Assembly: GCA_965277285.1 (NCBI GenBank)
Contig: OZ255721.1
Span: 864,001 to 928,000 of the forward strand
Reading direction: 5' to 3'
Origin: Abditibacteriaceae bacterium
Lineage (GTDB): Bacteria; Armatimonadota; Abditibacteriia; Abditibacteriales; Abditibacteriaceae
Length of the DNA stretch: 64,000 nt
Below the pieces are notes generated by a model. That model was not told the DNA's origin. It was given only the letters and a program-made list of their open reading frames with translations, and did no database searches. This document shows, piece after piece, positions 48,955 to 59,900 of the stretch (position 1 is its first letter; each line of letters opens with the position of its first letter). Made by a program: the position numbers and the translations under genes.

Positions 48955-51252
48955 TTACGACGAAAGCGAATACGGCAAATCGTCCTTGTCGGGGCTGATG
49001 TTCTCGTTTGGTTTTTCGCTCATGTCGGTGTGCAAAGTGCCGCCGTTTACGATGTCGAAGTGCGAAATCCAGCGTTTCGAGTACTCGATTCCGTTCAAAG
49101 CGCGTTTGGCGACATGAACGTTTTCGTCGTTGTTATTGGCGGCTTCGATGACAAAGGTTTTGCCGTTCGGCAAATGAATGGTCGCTTTGCCGAAGACGGG
49201 ACTTGTCAAAACGTAGGACGCGTGGCCGGGCGTCATCGGATAAAAACCGAGGGCGTTGAAGATGTACCAACTCGCCATTTCGCCGTTGTCTTCGTCGCCG
49301 GAGAAGCCATCAGGCGCATCGCTATACAATTCGCGGCAAACGCGGCGCGTCCATTTTTCGGTTTTCCATGGCTGCGACGTGAAAGCGTAGAAAAACAAAA
49401 CGTGATGAACCGGCTGGTTCGATTGCGCATATTGACCGAAATCGGCCATCGCCATTTCCGTTATTTCATGGATTTCAAAGCCGTAATTGCTCGCGTTGAA
49501 GTGCGGCGGCAACGCCAGCATTTGATCCAATCGTTCGGCCAAAGCCTCCGTTCCGCCCAGCAATTGGGCGAAACCTTTCGCGTCGTGTTGAACCGCCCAG
49601 CCACATTGCCACGCCGAACCTTCGACAAACGGGCCGCCCCACTGAAACTCATCGAACGGCTCGACCCACGAACCATCGGCGTGGCGCGCGCGCATCCAGC
49701 GCGTCGTCGGTTCGCACATATTGCGGTAATTCAAGGCGCGTTTGAGGAACAAGTCGCGATCGTCGTTTTTGCCCAATTTGTCGGCGACTTGCGCGATGCA
49801 CCAATCGCCATAGGCGTAATCGAGCGTGGCCGAAGTCGCATGGCGAATCGCGCCATCGTGAATCCAGCCGTGTTCGAGATATTCGCCCAAACCAATGCGC
49901 CCGACGCTTTCTAGTTCGCTGATTTCAAAAGCGTGTTTGCGCAAGCCCGCATAAGCTTCTTGCACATCGAAACCCTCGATATTTTTCACGACGGCATCCG
50001 CAATGACAGCGTCGATGTGACTGCCGATCATGCAGCCGCGATGACCCGGACTCGGCCACTGCGGAAGCCAACCGCTTTCCCGATAGGCCGTGACCCAGCC
50101 TTCGATAATTTCGCCCAACTGTTCGGGATACAAAACCGAATATAGCGGATAAACCGTGCGAAAAGTGTCCCAGAAACCGTTGTCGGTATAAGCCACGCCC
50201 GAATGCATCTCGCCATCGAAGAAACTTTGATGAACTGTTTGCCCGTTCGCATCAATCTCGTGGCAGCGATGCGGAAACAATTGCGCGCGATAAAGGCACG
50301 TATAAAAGGTGCAGCGCTGTTCGTCGGTCGCCTCGTCCAAAGTGACGCGACCCAATTGCGCGTTCCAGATTTGCGCGGCTTCGTCCTTGACTTCTTCCAG
50401 AGAACGCGCGCCGATTTCGCGTTCCAAAGTGAGTTTCGCTTGCTCAACGCTGATGTAGGAAGTGGCGACGCGCAGTTCGACGCTTCGAGTACTCGATGGG
50501 AATTCGAGGTAAGCGCCAATGCCTTTGCCGATTCGGTGCGTCGCGTTTGCTTCAACCGCTTTGCCTCGAAAAGTGCCGCAACCAACGACAGGTTCGCTAC
50601 AAACCGCGTAAAAATAGGCCGCGAAATTGGGCAGCGCGCCGCCGGCATGCGCGCGCGTGAAGCCGGCAATCGTGCCATTTTGCGCATCAACGTCGATGCT
50701 GCTGTTGCGGATGCGGTGCGCATGGTCGCTCAGCGGATAATCGTCGTGGTCTTCGTCGTCGTGATCGTGATCGCCGTGCAAATGGTCACCGCGCGGCAAA
50801 TCGAATAAAACGCGTTTCTCCGTACCATTTGTGTAATCTGTGTCATCGAAGGTGAAGCGAAAAATGGCGCAACGTTCGGTCGGCGCCATTTCGATGGTCG
50901 TGCGATAGCGCAGCAGATGAAGTTTCAAACCATGCGGCTGAAAAGTCGCTTCGCCGATGCGATAAGAACTGGCGCGCGATTCGGTTCCGGTCAGCAGCGC
51001 GCCACTTTGCGGCATGACGAGAAACTGACCGTAATCGCCCATCCATGGGCTGGGCTGGCGCGTGGCGCGAATGCCTTGAATTTTCGAGCTGCGACAATGA
51101 AAAAACCACGGAGTTTCGCTGGTTTGCGGCGCCCAAGCGGTCATCGCCCACGGAAGAGAAACCAGCGGCAAAGAGTTGCCATGCGACCTGTCAGGGATCG
51201 AATCGGTGCCCTGCAGCGGGTTGACGTAAGACAGAAAATCGGAAGAAAGCAC
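48955..51252 (-). CDS. GH92 alpha-mannosidase family glycoside hydrolase
   Basis: YVNPLQGT, QPSPWMGDYG, GFWDTFRT, EGSAWQ, SNQPVHH, GDEDNGEMASWY; GTG start with GAGG SD. Confidence 0.95.
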   Translation of the reverse strand: MLSSDFLSYVNPLQGTDSIPDRSHGNSLPLVSLPWAMTAWAPQTSETPWFFHCRSSKIQGIRATRQPSPWMGDYGQFLVMPQSGALLTGTESRASSYRIGEATFQPHGLKLHLLRYRTTIEMAPTERCAIFRFTFDDTDYTNGTEKRVLFDLPRGDHLHGDHDHDDEDHDDYPLSDHAHRIRNSSIDVDAQNGTIAGFTRAHAGGALPNFAAYFYAVCSEPVVGCGTFRGKAVEANATHRIGKGIGAYLEFPSSTRSVELRVATSYISVEQAKLTLEREIGARSLEEVKDEAAQIWNAQLGRVTLDEATDEQRCTFYTCLYRAQLFPHRCHEIDANGQTVHQSFFDGEMHSGVAYTDNGFWDTFRTVYPLYSVLYPEQLGEIIEGWVTAYRESGWLPQWPSPGHRGCMIGSHIDAVIADAVVKNIEGFDVQEAYAGLRKHAFEISELESVGRIGLGEYLEHGWIHDGAIRHATSATLDYAYGDWCIAQVADKLGKNDDRDLFLKRALNYRNMCEPTTRWMRARHADGSWVEPFDEFQWGGPFVEGSAWQCGWAVQHDAKGFAQLLGGTEALAERLDQMLALPPHFNASNYGFEIHEITEMAMADFGQYAQSNQPVHHVLFFYAFTSQPWKTEKWTRRVCRELYSDAPDGFSGDEDNGEMASWYIFNALGFYPMTPGHASYVLTSPVFGKATIHLPNGKTFVIEAANNNDENVHVAKRALNGIEYSKRWISHFDIVNGGTLHTDMSEKPNENISPDKDDLPYSLSS

Positions 51253-51523
51253 AAAAACCTCGAAAGAAAAAGAATGCCGCTTAAACTTAACGCAGGCGCG
51301 CCCGCGTTTCAAACCGAATCCGCCTTTTCCATCCATTTTCTTGATAGCTCGCGCAATGGTGAAGACGCTACATCCCAGAACCCCGAACGTAAGTGAGGGG
51401 CTGACCAAACTGTCACATTAGCCCCTCACTTACGTTCGGGGTTCTGCATGGTGCTTGCGCAGTCAGCCCGCCCTTTTCAAATGCGAGCCTCCGACAAGGC
51501 CGCAACTTGATATATTTAGACGC

Positions 51524-53011
51524 ATGATCGAGTACTCGAATCCCGCGCTCTTCACCGATTTGTATCAATTGACGATGGCTTTCGGCTACTGGAAAGCCAA
51601 ACTCCACACGCACCAATCGGTTTTCCACTTGTTCTTTCGCAAGAACCCGTTCGGCGGCGGTTACGCGCTCGCGGCAGGCTTGGAAGACGCGCTCGATTAT
51701 CTGCGTCAGTTCCATTTCGCCGCCGCCGATTTGGAATATTTAGCGACGCTTTGCGGCAACGACGACAAACCGCTTTTCCCGCGCGCGTTCTTGGATTATC
51801 TGGGCGAACTTCGTTTCGACTGCGACGTGGACGCGGTTCCCGAAGGCACGCCGATTTTCGCGCACGAGCCGCTTTTGCGCGTTCAAGGCGCGATCATTCC
51901 CTGCCAACTGGTCGAAACCGCGCTGCTCAACATCCTCAATTTTCAAACCCTGATCGCCACCAAAGCCGCGCGCGTTTGCGAAGCGGCAGGCAACAATCCC
52001 GTACTCGAATTTGGCGCACGCCGCGCGCAAGGGCCGGACGGCGCGCTTTCGGCCAGTCGCGCCGCGTTTATCGGCGGTTGTTCTTCGACATCGAATGTTC
52101 TGGCGGGCAAGCGCTTGGGCATTCCGGTCAAGGGCACGCACGCGCATTCGTGGGTGATGATGTTCGACGACGAACTGGAAAGTTTCAAATCTTACGCGCG
52201 CGCCATGCCGAACAATTGCGTTTTTCTGGTCGACACTTACGACACTTTGGAAGGCGTTCGTCACGCGGCCAAAGTCGGAATCTGGCTGCGTTCGCTGGGC
52301 TTCAAGATGGCGGGCATTCGCCTGGATTCCGGCGACTTGGCGTATCTTTCGATTGAAGCGCGCAAGATTTTGGATGCTGCCGGTTTGCCAAACACGCCGA
52401 TTTTAGCCAGCAACGATTTGGACGAACACGTCATCGAAAGTTTGAAGGCACAGGGCGCGCCGATTGCGATCTGGGGCGTCGGCACGCAACTGATAACTGG
52501 CGGCGACCAGAGCGCGCTCGGCGGCGTTTACAAACTGAGTGCGACGCGCGCGCCTCTCGAAAATGGCTGGGGCGAATGGCGCCATCGCATCAAACTGTCG
52601 GACGATCTGGTGAAGATTTCCACGCCCGGCTTTCAAAACGTGCGCCGCTTTTACGAAAGCGACGACGAAAACGCGCTCGCCATCGCTGACGCAATTTACG
52701 ACGCGCACGACACATCGCTCGATTGGTCGAAGGGCTGCACGATTGTCGATCCGGCTGATGCCGTGCGCCGCAAAAAAGTCGCATCGAGTACTCGATCTGC
52801 CGATTTGCTGATTCCCGTTCTGCGCGACGGCCAGAGCGTTTACAATTCGCCTTCGTTACCCGAAATCCGCGAAAACGCCGCGCGGAATCTCGCTCGTCTG
52901 CATCCCGCCATTCGCCGTTTTACCAATCCGCACCGCTATCCGGCGGGCTTAGAACAAAGTTTGCACGAGCGCAAAATGCAACTGGTGCTGGAAGCCAAAG
53001 CGCGCGATTAA
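51524..53011 (+). CDS. pncB: Nicotinate phosphoribosyltransferase
   Basis: [48 protein letters not shown]. Confidence 0.98.
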   Translation: MIEYSNPALFTDLYQLTMAFGYWKAKLHTHQSVFHLFFRKNPFGGGYALAAGLEDALDYLRQFHFAAADLEYLATLCGNDDKPLFPRAFLDYLGELRFDCDVDAVPEGTPIFAHEPLLRVQGAIIPCQLVETALLNILNFQTLIATKAARVCEAAGNNPVLEFGARRAQGPDGALSASRAAFIGGCSSTSNVLAGKRLGIPVKGTHAHSWVMMFDDELESFKSYARAMPNNCVFLVDTYDTLEGVRHAAKVGIWLRSLGFKMAGIRLDSGDLAYLSIEARKILDAAGLPNTPILASNDLDEHVIESLKAQGAPIAIWGVGTQLITGGDQSALGGVYKLSATRAPLENGWGEWRHRIKLSDDLVKISTPGFQNVRRFYESDDENALAIADAIYDAHDTSLDWSKGCTIVDPADAVRRKKVASSTRSADLLIPVLRDGQSVYNSPSLPEIRENAARNLARLHPAIRRFTNPHRYPAGLEQSLHERKMQLVLEAKARD

Positions 53012-53037
53012 GACATTTACGAGGTTTATCCTATCCC

Positions 53038-53919
53038 GTAGGGACGCAGTTCACTGCGTCCGCTCCTGTTGCGCTCTTACAAGTTCGCGGACGACGGAAC
53101 AACGGACGCAGAAATCTGCGTCCCTACGAGTTTGCGCAACGCCCGTAGGGACGCAGATTTCTGCGTCCGGGCTGCGTCCGGCCATATTGGTTTTAGGCGT
53201 ATTCGTCGCGTTGCCAGTTTTGTGGATTTTCGATGATGTATCAGCGCGTGTTCAACAATTCGGTTTCGTCGCGGATGATGCGGTCGTAAAAACGACCTTG
53301 CCACACTTTGACGGGCGATTGATTTCGTGTGGCACGCCGCGCATTGACGCTTCGCGTCACATTGGCTTTGAAATCTCGCACGATGGCGCTCAATGAACCC
53401 GGCGCCACGTTGCTGAGCGTTGCGCCCTTGCTTCGTAGGGACGCAGATTTCTGCGTCCGCTGTTCCTGCGTCCGCTGTTCCTGCGTCCAGTGTTCCTGCG
53501 AACTTGCAAGCTCGGACGCCAAAGAAGCGGACGCAGAAATCTGCGTCCCTACTACGGGTGGTGTGGTAATTAATACGATCGCGTGGAAATGGTTGGGCAT
53601 GACGACGTATTCATCCAACATCACGTTGTCGCGCAAACCGGCGACGCGCGACCATTCGCGTTCGACAAACGCGCCAACCCAGTTGAGTTGCATCTGGTCA
53701 TTTTCGATGTGTCCAAAAAACGGACGATGTTTGTCGGCGCAAACCGTGATGAAATAGGCACCTTGCAAGGTGTAATTGCAGCCGTCATAGCGCACCGTGC
53801 GCCGCTGAGGTTGGTTGATTCTTATTCTCGTTGCCATTATCGTAGGGACGCAGATTTCTGCGTCGTTGTTCTGGTGTTCGCAAACTGACGCGACCGGACG
53901 CAGAAATCTGCGTCCCTAC
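53038..53919. repeat. Cluster of about 7 family-B REPs around and inside the RAYT gene
   Basis: GTAGGGACGCAGATTTCTGCGTCC or its complement at about 53038, 53104, 53146, 53435, 53529, 53842 and 53896. Confidence 0.92.
53193..53837 (-). pseudogene. REP-associated tyrosine transposase (RAYT) with premature TGA at 53241-53243
   Basis: AYFITVC, DEYVVMPNHFHAI (HUH), VWQGRFYDRIIRDE.ELLNTR*YIIENPQNW. Confidence 0.9.
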
Positions 53920-56900
53920 AATCTCACTCTTACATCATGCTCGCGCCCATCATCCATCAACGCGATGCCATCCGTAACGCGAACCAATAAACCATCCACG
54001 ACCAAACTCGAAACGGTTTTGCCGCCGTCGGGGTTTTGCACCGAGATGTTGTAAACGCTTGCGCCGAACTTGTAGCGAATCGAGTACTCGTTCCAGGTGC
54101 GCGGGATGTTGGGGACGATGTGCAGAATATCGCCGCGACGTTGCACACCCAAAACATCTTCGAGCCAGACGCGATACATCCAACTCGAACTTCCCGTGTA
54201 CCACGTCCAGCCGCCCTGCCCGACGCGATCTTGCAGCGCGTAAACGTCCGCCGCCACGACATACGGCTCGACTTTGTAGGTTTCCACGTCGTGCGGCGTG
54301 CGCGCGTGTTCGACGGGATTGAGCATGCGCAAAATATCTACCGCGCGGTCGCCGTCGCCTTTTCTGGCAAACGCTTGCGCAACCCACAGCGCGGCGTGCG
54401 TATATTGACCGCCGTTTTCGCGCACGCCGGGCACATAACCCTTGATGTAGCCCGGGTCTTGAGCTGACTTATCAAAGGGCGGCGTGAAAAGCAGCACCAT
54501 TTTGTCGTCGTCTTTGACCAGAAACTTCTCGACCGAACGCATCGCGGTTTCGCTACGCTGCGGGTTTCCGGCGCCACTGAGAATGCTCCAGGTTTGCGCC
54601 AGAGAATCGATTTTCGCTTCGTCGCTCAGATGCGAACCCAATGGCGAACCGTTGTCGAAGTAAGCGCGGCGATACCATTCGCCATCCCAGGCGGTTTCTT
54701 CCACGACTTGCGCCAGATGCGTCGCCTGCGCGGTTCGAGTACTCGATTGCGCCGTATCGCCCTGATGCGTGCAGATTTCGGCAAAGCGGTTCAGCACGTC
54801 GATCAGGAACCAGGCGAGCCAGACGCTTTCGCCGCGTCCTTCGACACCGACGCGGCTCATGCCATCGTTCCAGTCGCCGATGCCGATCAGTGGCAAACCG
54901 TGCGGCCCTTGCGTCAAACCTTTTTCAATTGAGCGCCGACAATGCTCGAAGATTGTCGCTTTTTCGGATGAAACCTGCGGCTGCGCATAGATTTCATGCT
55001 CGTTCGGCTCTAAGATTTTGCCTTCCAAAAACGGCACTTCTTCGTCCAAAACGCTCCAGTCGCCGGTGACGCGCACATATTGCGACACCACGTAAGGCAG
55101 CCACAGCAAGTCGTCCGAAAAACGCGTGCGCACACCGGCGCCACTTGGCGGATGCCACCAATGCTGCACGTCGCCTTCCTTAAATTGATGCGCGGCGGCG
55201 CGCAAAATCTGCTCGCGCGCAACGTTTGGCGCACTATGTGTGACCGCCATCACGTCTTGCAATTGGTCGCGGAAACCATAAGCGCCGCCGCTTTGATAAA
55301 ACGCCGAGCGTCCCCAAATGCGGCAGCACAGCGTTTGATAAAGCAGCCAGCGATTCATCATAAAATCGACCGCCAGATCGGGCGTTTTGACTTGCACGCG
55401 CTCCAGCAAATCGTTCCACCAACCGCTGGTTTGATGCAAGGTGCGTTCGGCTTCGTCGCGGTCGCGGAAACGGCGCGCCAAATGTTGCGCTTCTTCAATG
55501 GTGTCAGCTTCGCCCAAAACAAAGATGACTTCGGCTTCGCCGTTCGGCTCGATTTCGACGGCGACTTGAATTGCGCCACACGGATCGAGCGCCGCGCCAG
55601 TTCGGTTCGACAAACCGCTGCGCAACAACGCGGCGGGTTGTTCAGCCGAACCGTTGCGACCCAAAAACTCGGTGCGGTCGCCCGTCCACGAAACGATGTT
55701 CGGGCTGGCCGAAAGAAAAGCGACGCGGTGCGCGAAATCGGGATTATACGCGTTGCGCGCGAGCAGCAAGCGCGCGTCGCCATCCCAGCGGGTGACGATT
55801 TGCGGCGAGGTTTCTTCGCGCGTCGTGCCCATCGTCCACTCGACGTAAAGCGTGACGCTCAGGCGGCGGCGATGACTGGAACGGTTGCGCAATCGCAATC
55901 TCTGCACGCGAACGGTCGGCGTTTCTAATGGCGTAAATCGCAATCGAGTACTCGATTCGGTTCCAGCCTCCAGCCCCGAGCCTGCAGCCTCACTAATCGG
56001 CACAAACGTCACCAATTCCTGCTCGATGGCGTGCGAATTGTGTTCGTAAACGCTGTAGCCCTGGCCATGCCGCGCGCGATACGGATCGAGTTCGCGGATC
56101 GGCAAAGCAGTTGGACTCCAAAAGGTGCCGGTTTCTTCGTCGCGGATGTAAATCGCTTCGCCCGCCGTGTCGCTGACGGGATCGTTGCTCCAGGGCGTGA
56201 TTTTGTTGGCCTGCGAGTTGTCGCACCACGTATAGCCCGGCCCGCTTTCCGAAATCATCGCGCCAAAACGCGGGTTCGCCAGAACGTTCACCCAGGGCGC
56301 AGGCGTCGTGTCGTGCGGGCCGAGATAAATTGCGTACTCGCGGCCATCGGTGGTGAAGCCGCCCAGCGAATTGAAATACGGCAATTCCATGAACGGCAGA
56401 GGCGCGCTGGGTTCTTCCGGCGGACGTTGCGCAATCGCCAGGCGCGGCGGCATTTTGGCGGATTCAGCGAGCGTTCCTAACTGTTGCGAAAGTCCGCCGC
56501 GACTGGCGTTAATGACGACGCGCGCGACACTCAACAACAACGTCAAATCGGTGTCGGATAGCATTTTCGCGCCGCGCAAAAAGACGCCGCCCGGCTTGTC
56601 CAAAGGCGCGCCGCTATTTTGCACGACGCGCTTCAAACTTTCGCTCAAAGGTTGTTCGTAAGATGCGGCTTCTTCGTTGAGAATGACCAGATCGGTTTTC
56701 AAGCCGCGCGATTGCCAGAAGGCTTGCGCTAAAAGAGCTTGTTGCACGACGCGCACATCGCGTTCGCTGCCGACTTGCACGATCATAATCGGCAGGTCGC
56801 CGGAAATGCCATGCGCCCACAAACCTTGTTGCCCCAGCGTGTTGGCCGCGATACGCCGCTGTGAAGTGCGCAAACCGGCGCTGGGATAAATCATGTGACC

Positions 56901-59900
56901 GGCTAACTGCTGAAAGACTTGCACGTCGTCCGGCTCGATGCGCAAACGCTGCATTTCCAGTTGAGCATTTGTCCAAGCCAATTCAAAGGCGCGCGCAATC
57001 GAACCCATGTCGCCCAACTTGCGCGCGATTTCGAGTACTCGATCCCGCGATTCTCCCGCTCCCGTCACCCATGCGATCTTGACTTGCTCGCCGGGCGCCA
57101 GCGTCACCGTTTTGCGAATGCTGAAAACCGGATCGAGAACCGCGCCCTGCGTTTGCGTCAAGGGATTGTCGAGCGCAATCGGGTCGCGCGCATCGCGTCC
57201 GCGACCCAGAAAACGCGCGCGGTCGGTTTCATAATCAAATTCGTCCTGTTCCTCGCTGACAACGGCATGACACGCCCAAATTGGCGCGTCGTCGGGCGAG
57301 CGCAGGCGCCAGTTCGCCAGCAAAGCGCGATGTTCGGGAACCGCTTCGGTTTGCACGAACAGTTTGGAAAACGCGGGATGCGCGCGATCCGCAGCGTGCG
57401 GCGCGAGCGCGATTTCCAGGTACGAAGTCAGTTCCAGATGGCGCGTTCGTTTCGAGGTGTTGGTCAAAGTGACGCGACGAATTTCCGCCGCGTCTTCGGG
57501 CGCGACCACGACTTCGGTCAAGGTTTCGATTTCCCCGTCGCGGCGCCGGAAACTTGCGCGGTCGGCGCCAAACGTCGTCAGAAAACGACGGTCGGCGCGA
57601 CCCATCGGATGATGCGTGCTCGACCACGCCATTCCTTCATCGCAATCGCGCACATAAATGAAAGCGCCCCAGTTGTCGCGCGTCACGTCGCTGCGCCAGC
57701 GCGTGATCTCGAAATCGCGCCACCTCGAATAACCGCCACCCGCCGCCGAAACCACAATCGAGTACTCAAGGTTGGAAAGCAAATTGACGCGCGGCGTCGG
57801 CGTGTCCGGCGAAGAAAATTCGTCCGTCGCCAATCCACCTGAAATCGGCTTCAGCTTGCTCGTTTGACCTTCGCGCGGCGCTTCTTCATAAGTTGGCGGC
57901 GCCAGAGGAACCGATTCATACAACAACGGCGAAGCGGCGTTGACGCGCGCATCGGCGTGAAAACGGTCTTGCATAATGTTGCCGTGCAGAACGTTATCGA
58001 ACGCTAAAAATGCCATGCCCTGATGATGCACCATGAACGAGCGCACGATGACGCCGCGCTCGCCCTCGGGAACGCGCGCGCGCGTGTAATCGATGCTTTC
58101 GTAGAAGCCGTAGCCGCCGCGCAGTCCCGCTTCTTCCAGGCGACGCAGGTTTTCCAGCGCGGCCTGCGGCTCAATCGGCAGCGCCAGACACGTCGCATAC
58201 GGCGCCACCACCAAATCGTCTTCCAGGCCGCGTTTGAGTCCCAGTCCGGGAACGCCAAACGCTTGATATTGATAGATTTTGTTCCCGTCGAGCGCGGAAT
58301 AGGACGCTTCGGAAACGCCCCACGGAATGCCGCGCCGTTTTCCGTAAGCGATCTGGCGCGTGACAGCCGCGCGACAGGCGTAATCGAGCAGCGAGTTCGG
58401 ATAATTGCGCGTCAAAAGCGGCGGCATCAAGTACTCGAACATTGTGCCGCTCCACGACAAAAGCGCCATCGGAGCGCGCCAGCCGCTCGCGCCGTACAAG
58501 CGCCGCAGTTTCAGCCAGTGTTCCGCTGGGACATCGCCGCGCGCAATCGCCGCAAAGCTCGCCAAACGGCATTCGCTGGCGATTAAATCATAAAACGAAT
58601 TGTCCAAACGATTGGCGTCGACGTTGAGGCCAATCGTAAAAACCTGCTTTTTCTTGTCGTACAATGGGCGCAAATTCATCGCGTCGGACAAAGCGTCGTT
58701 GCGCTCGATCATCGCTTCGGCTTGCGCGCGCTTTTCGCCAGCCAGCCAGCGACTTTTCGCGCTCAACTCCGCGACTTCATCCAACGCGGCATCGAGTTCG
58801 GGCGACAATTTACCGGAACGAAACGTCAGCAAAGTCGAAAGCGGCGCCAACTCTTCGTGCGCCAAGGCTTCCAGCGAGGGCGCGATTTTCAAAGCGTCAC
58901 GCTTGGCCGCAAGCGCCGTTTCGCCCAGTGAAATCAAAGCTTCATCGGAGATTTCGGCCAAGCGAACCGCCCATAAAAGATAACGATCAATCGTTTCATT
59001 GCAGGCCGCGACCTGGCATTCGAGCGCGTTTGCCCAGTAAATCGAAGGCGCGGGCGCCGCACTTTCGCGCAAAATCTTTGTCAACGCATACGATGGTTCA
59101 CCTGCGGCGCGCAGAACTGCAATCAAGTCGTCCACAGTCTGCGGCGTTTGGACGAAAAGAGTCTGCAACGTGGCGATTCGAGTACTCGATTCGGGCGATA
59201 ATGCCGTCGATTCGCGCTGCAAAATCGCCAGCGTGTCGCTCAAGCCATGAAGCACTGACTGCGTTAAAACCGGCTCGTTCAAGGCGGCGCGGCAACCCTG
59301 ACCAAACGCCCACATCGACACGATCAGGTTGCCGCTATCGACAGTCGAAACATAGCGCGGCGGCAACGGTTTCAGCGTCGTAATGTCATACCAGTTCAGC
59401 AAATGACCGTCATGTTTTTCCAGGTTTTCCAGCGTGTCGATGGTTGCATTGCAACGATCCACAACCTGATCGAAATTGAGATAGCCGAAGTCGCGCGCCG
59501 CGAGTGCGCTCAACATCCACAGGCCGATATTGGTCGGGCTGGTGCGCGGCGCCACGCCGGTATTGAGGCTTTCCTGATAATTGTCAGGCGGCAGCCAATT
59601 GTTTTGCGGCCCCAGAAAATCATCGAAATAACGCCACGTTTGCCGCGCCAGATGTCGCAAATACGTCCGTTCTTCGCCGGACAATCCTTGCGTCACCGTC
59701 TTTAATCGACCGCCATCGAGCCAGCGCACAAACAGCGGCGCCAACGCCCACAAGAGCAAAAACGGCGTCGCATACCAGAGCGCGCTTTCCGGCGTCGATT
59801 CGTCAGTTGGGGTTTCCCACGTTTCGGGCGACGCGAACGTTTCGGTGGTTCGCGGCGCATCGGTTTGAAGACTCGCGTCGCCATTCGAGTACTGGATGAA

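Noticed and set aside
19277..53243. Stop-codon reassignment (Pyl/Sec or alternative code) explaining three in-frame stops
   Set aside because: The stops are mixed (TAG, TAG, TGA), two are in transposases, and TAG/TGA terminate normal genes here (purF, metF, pncA, purL, thrS)
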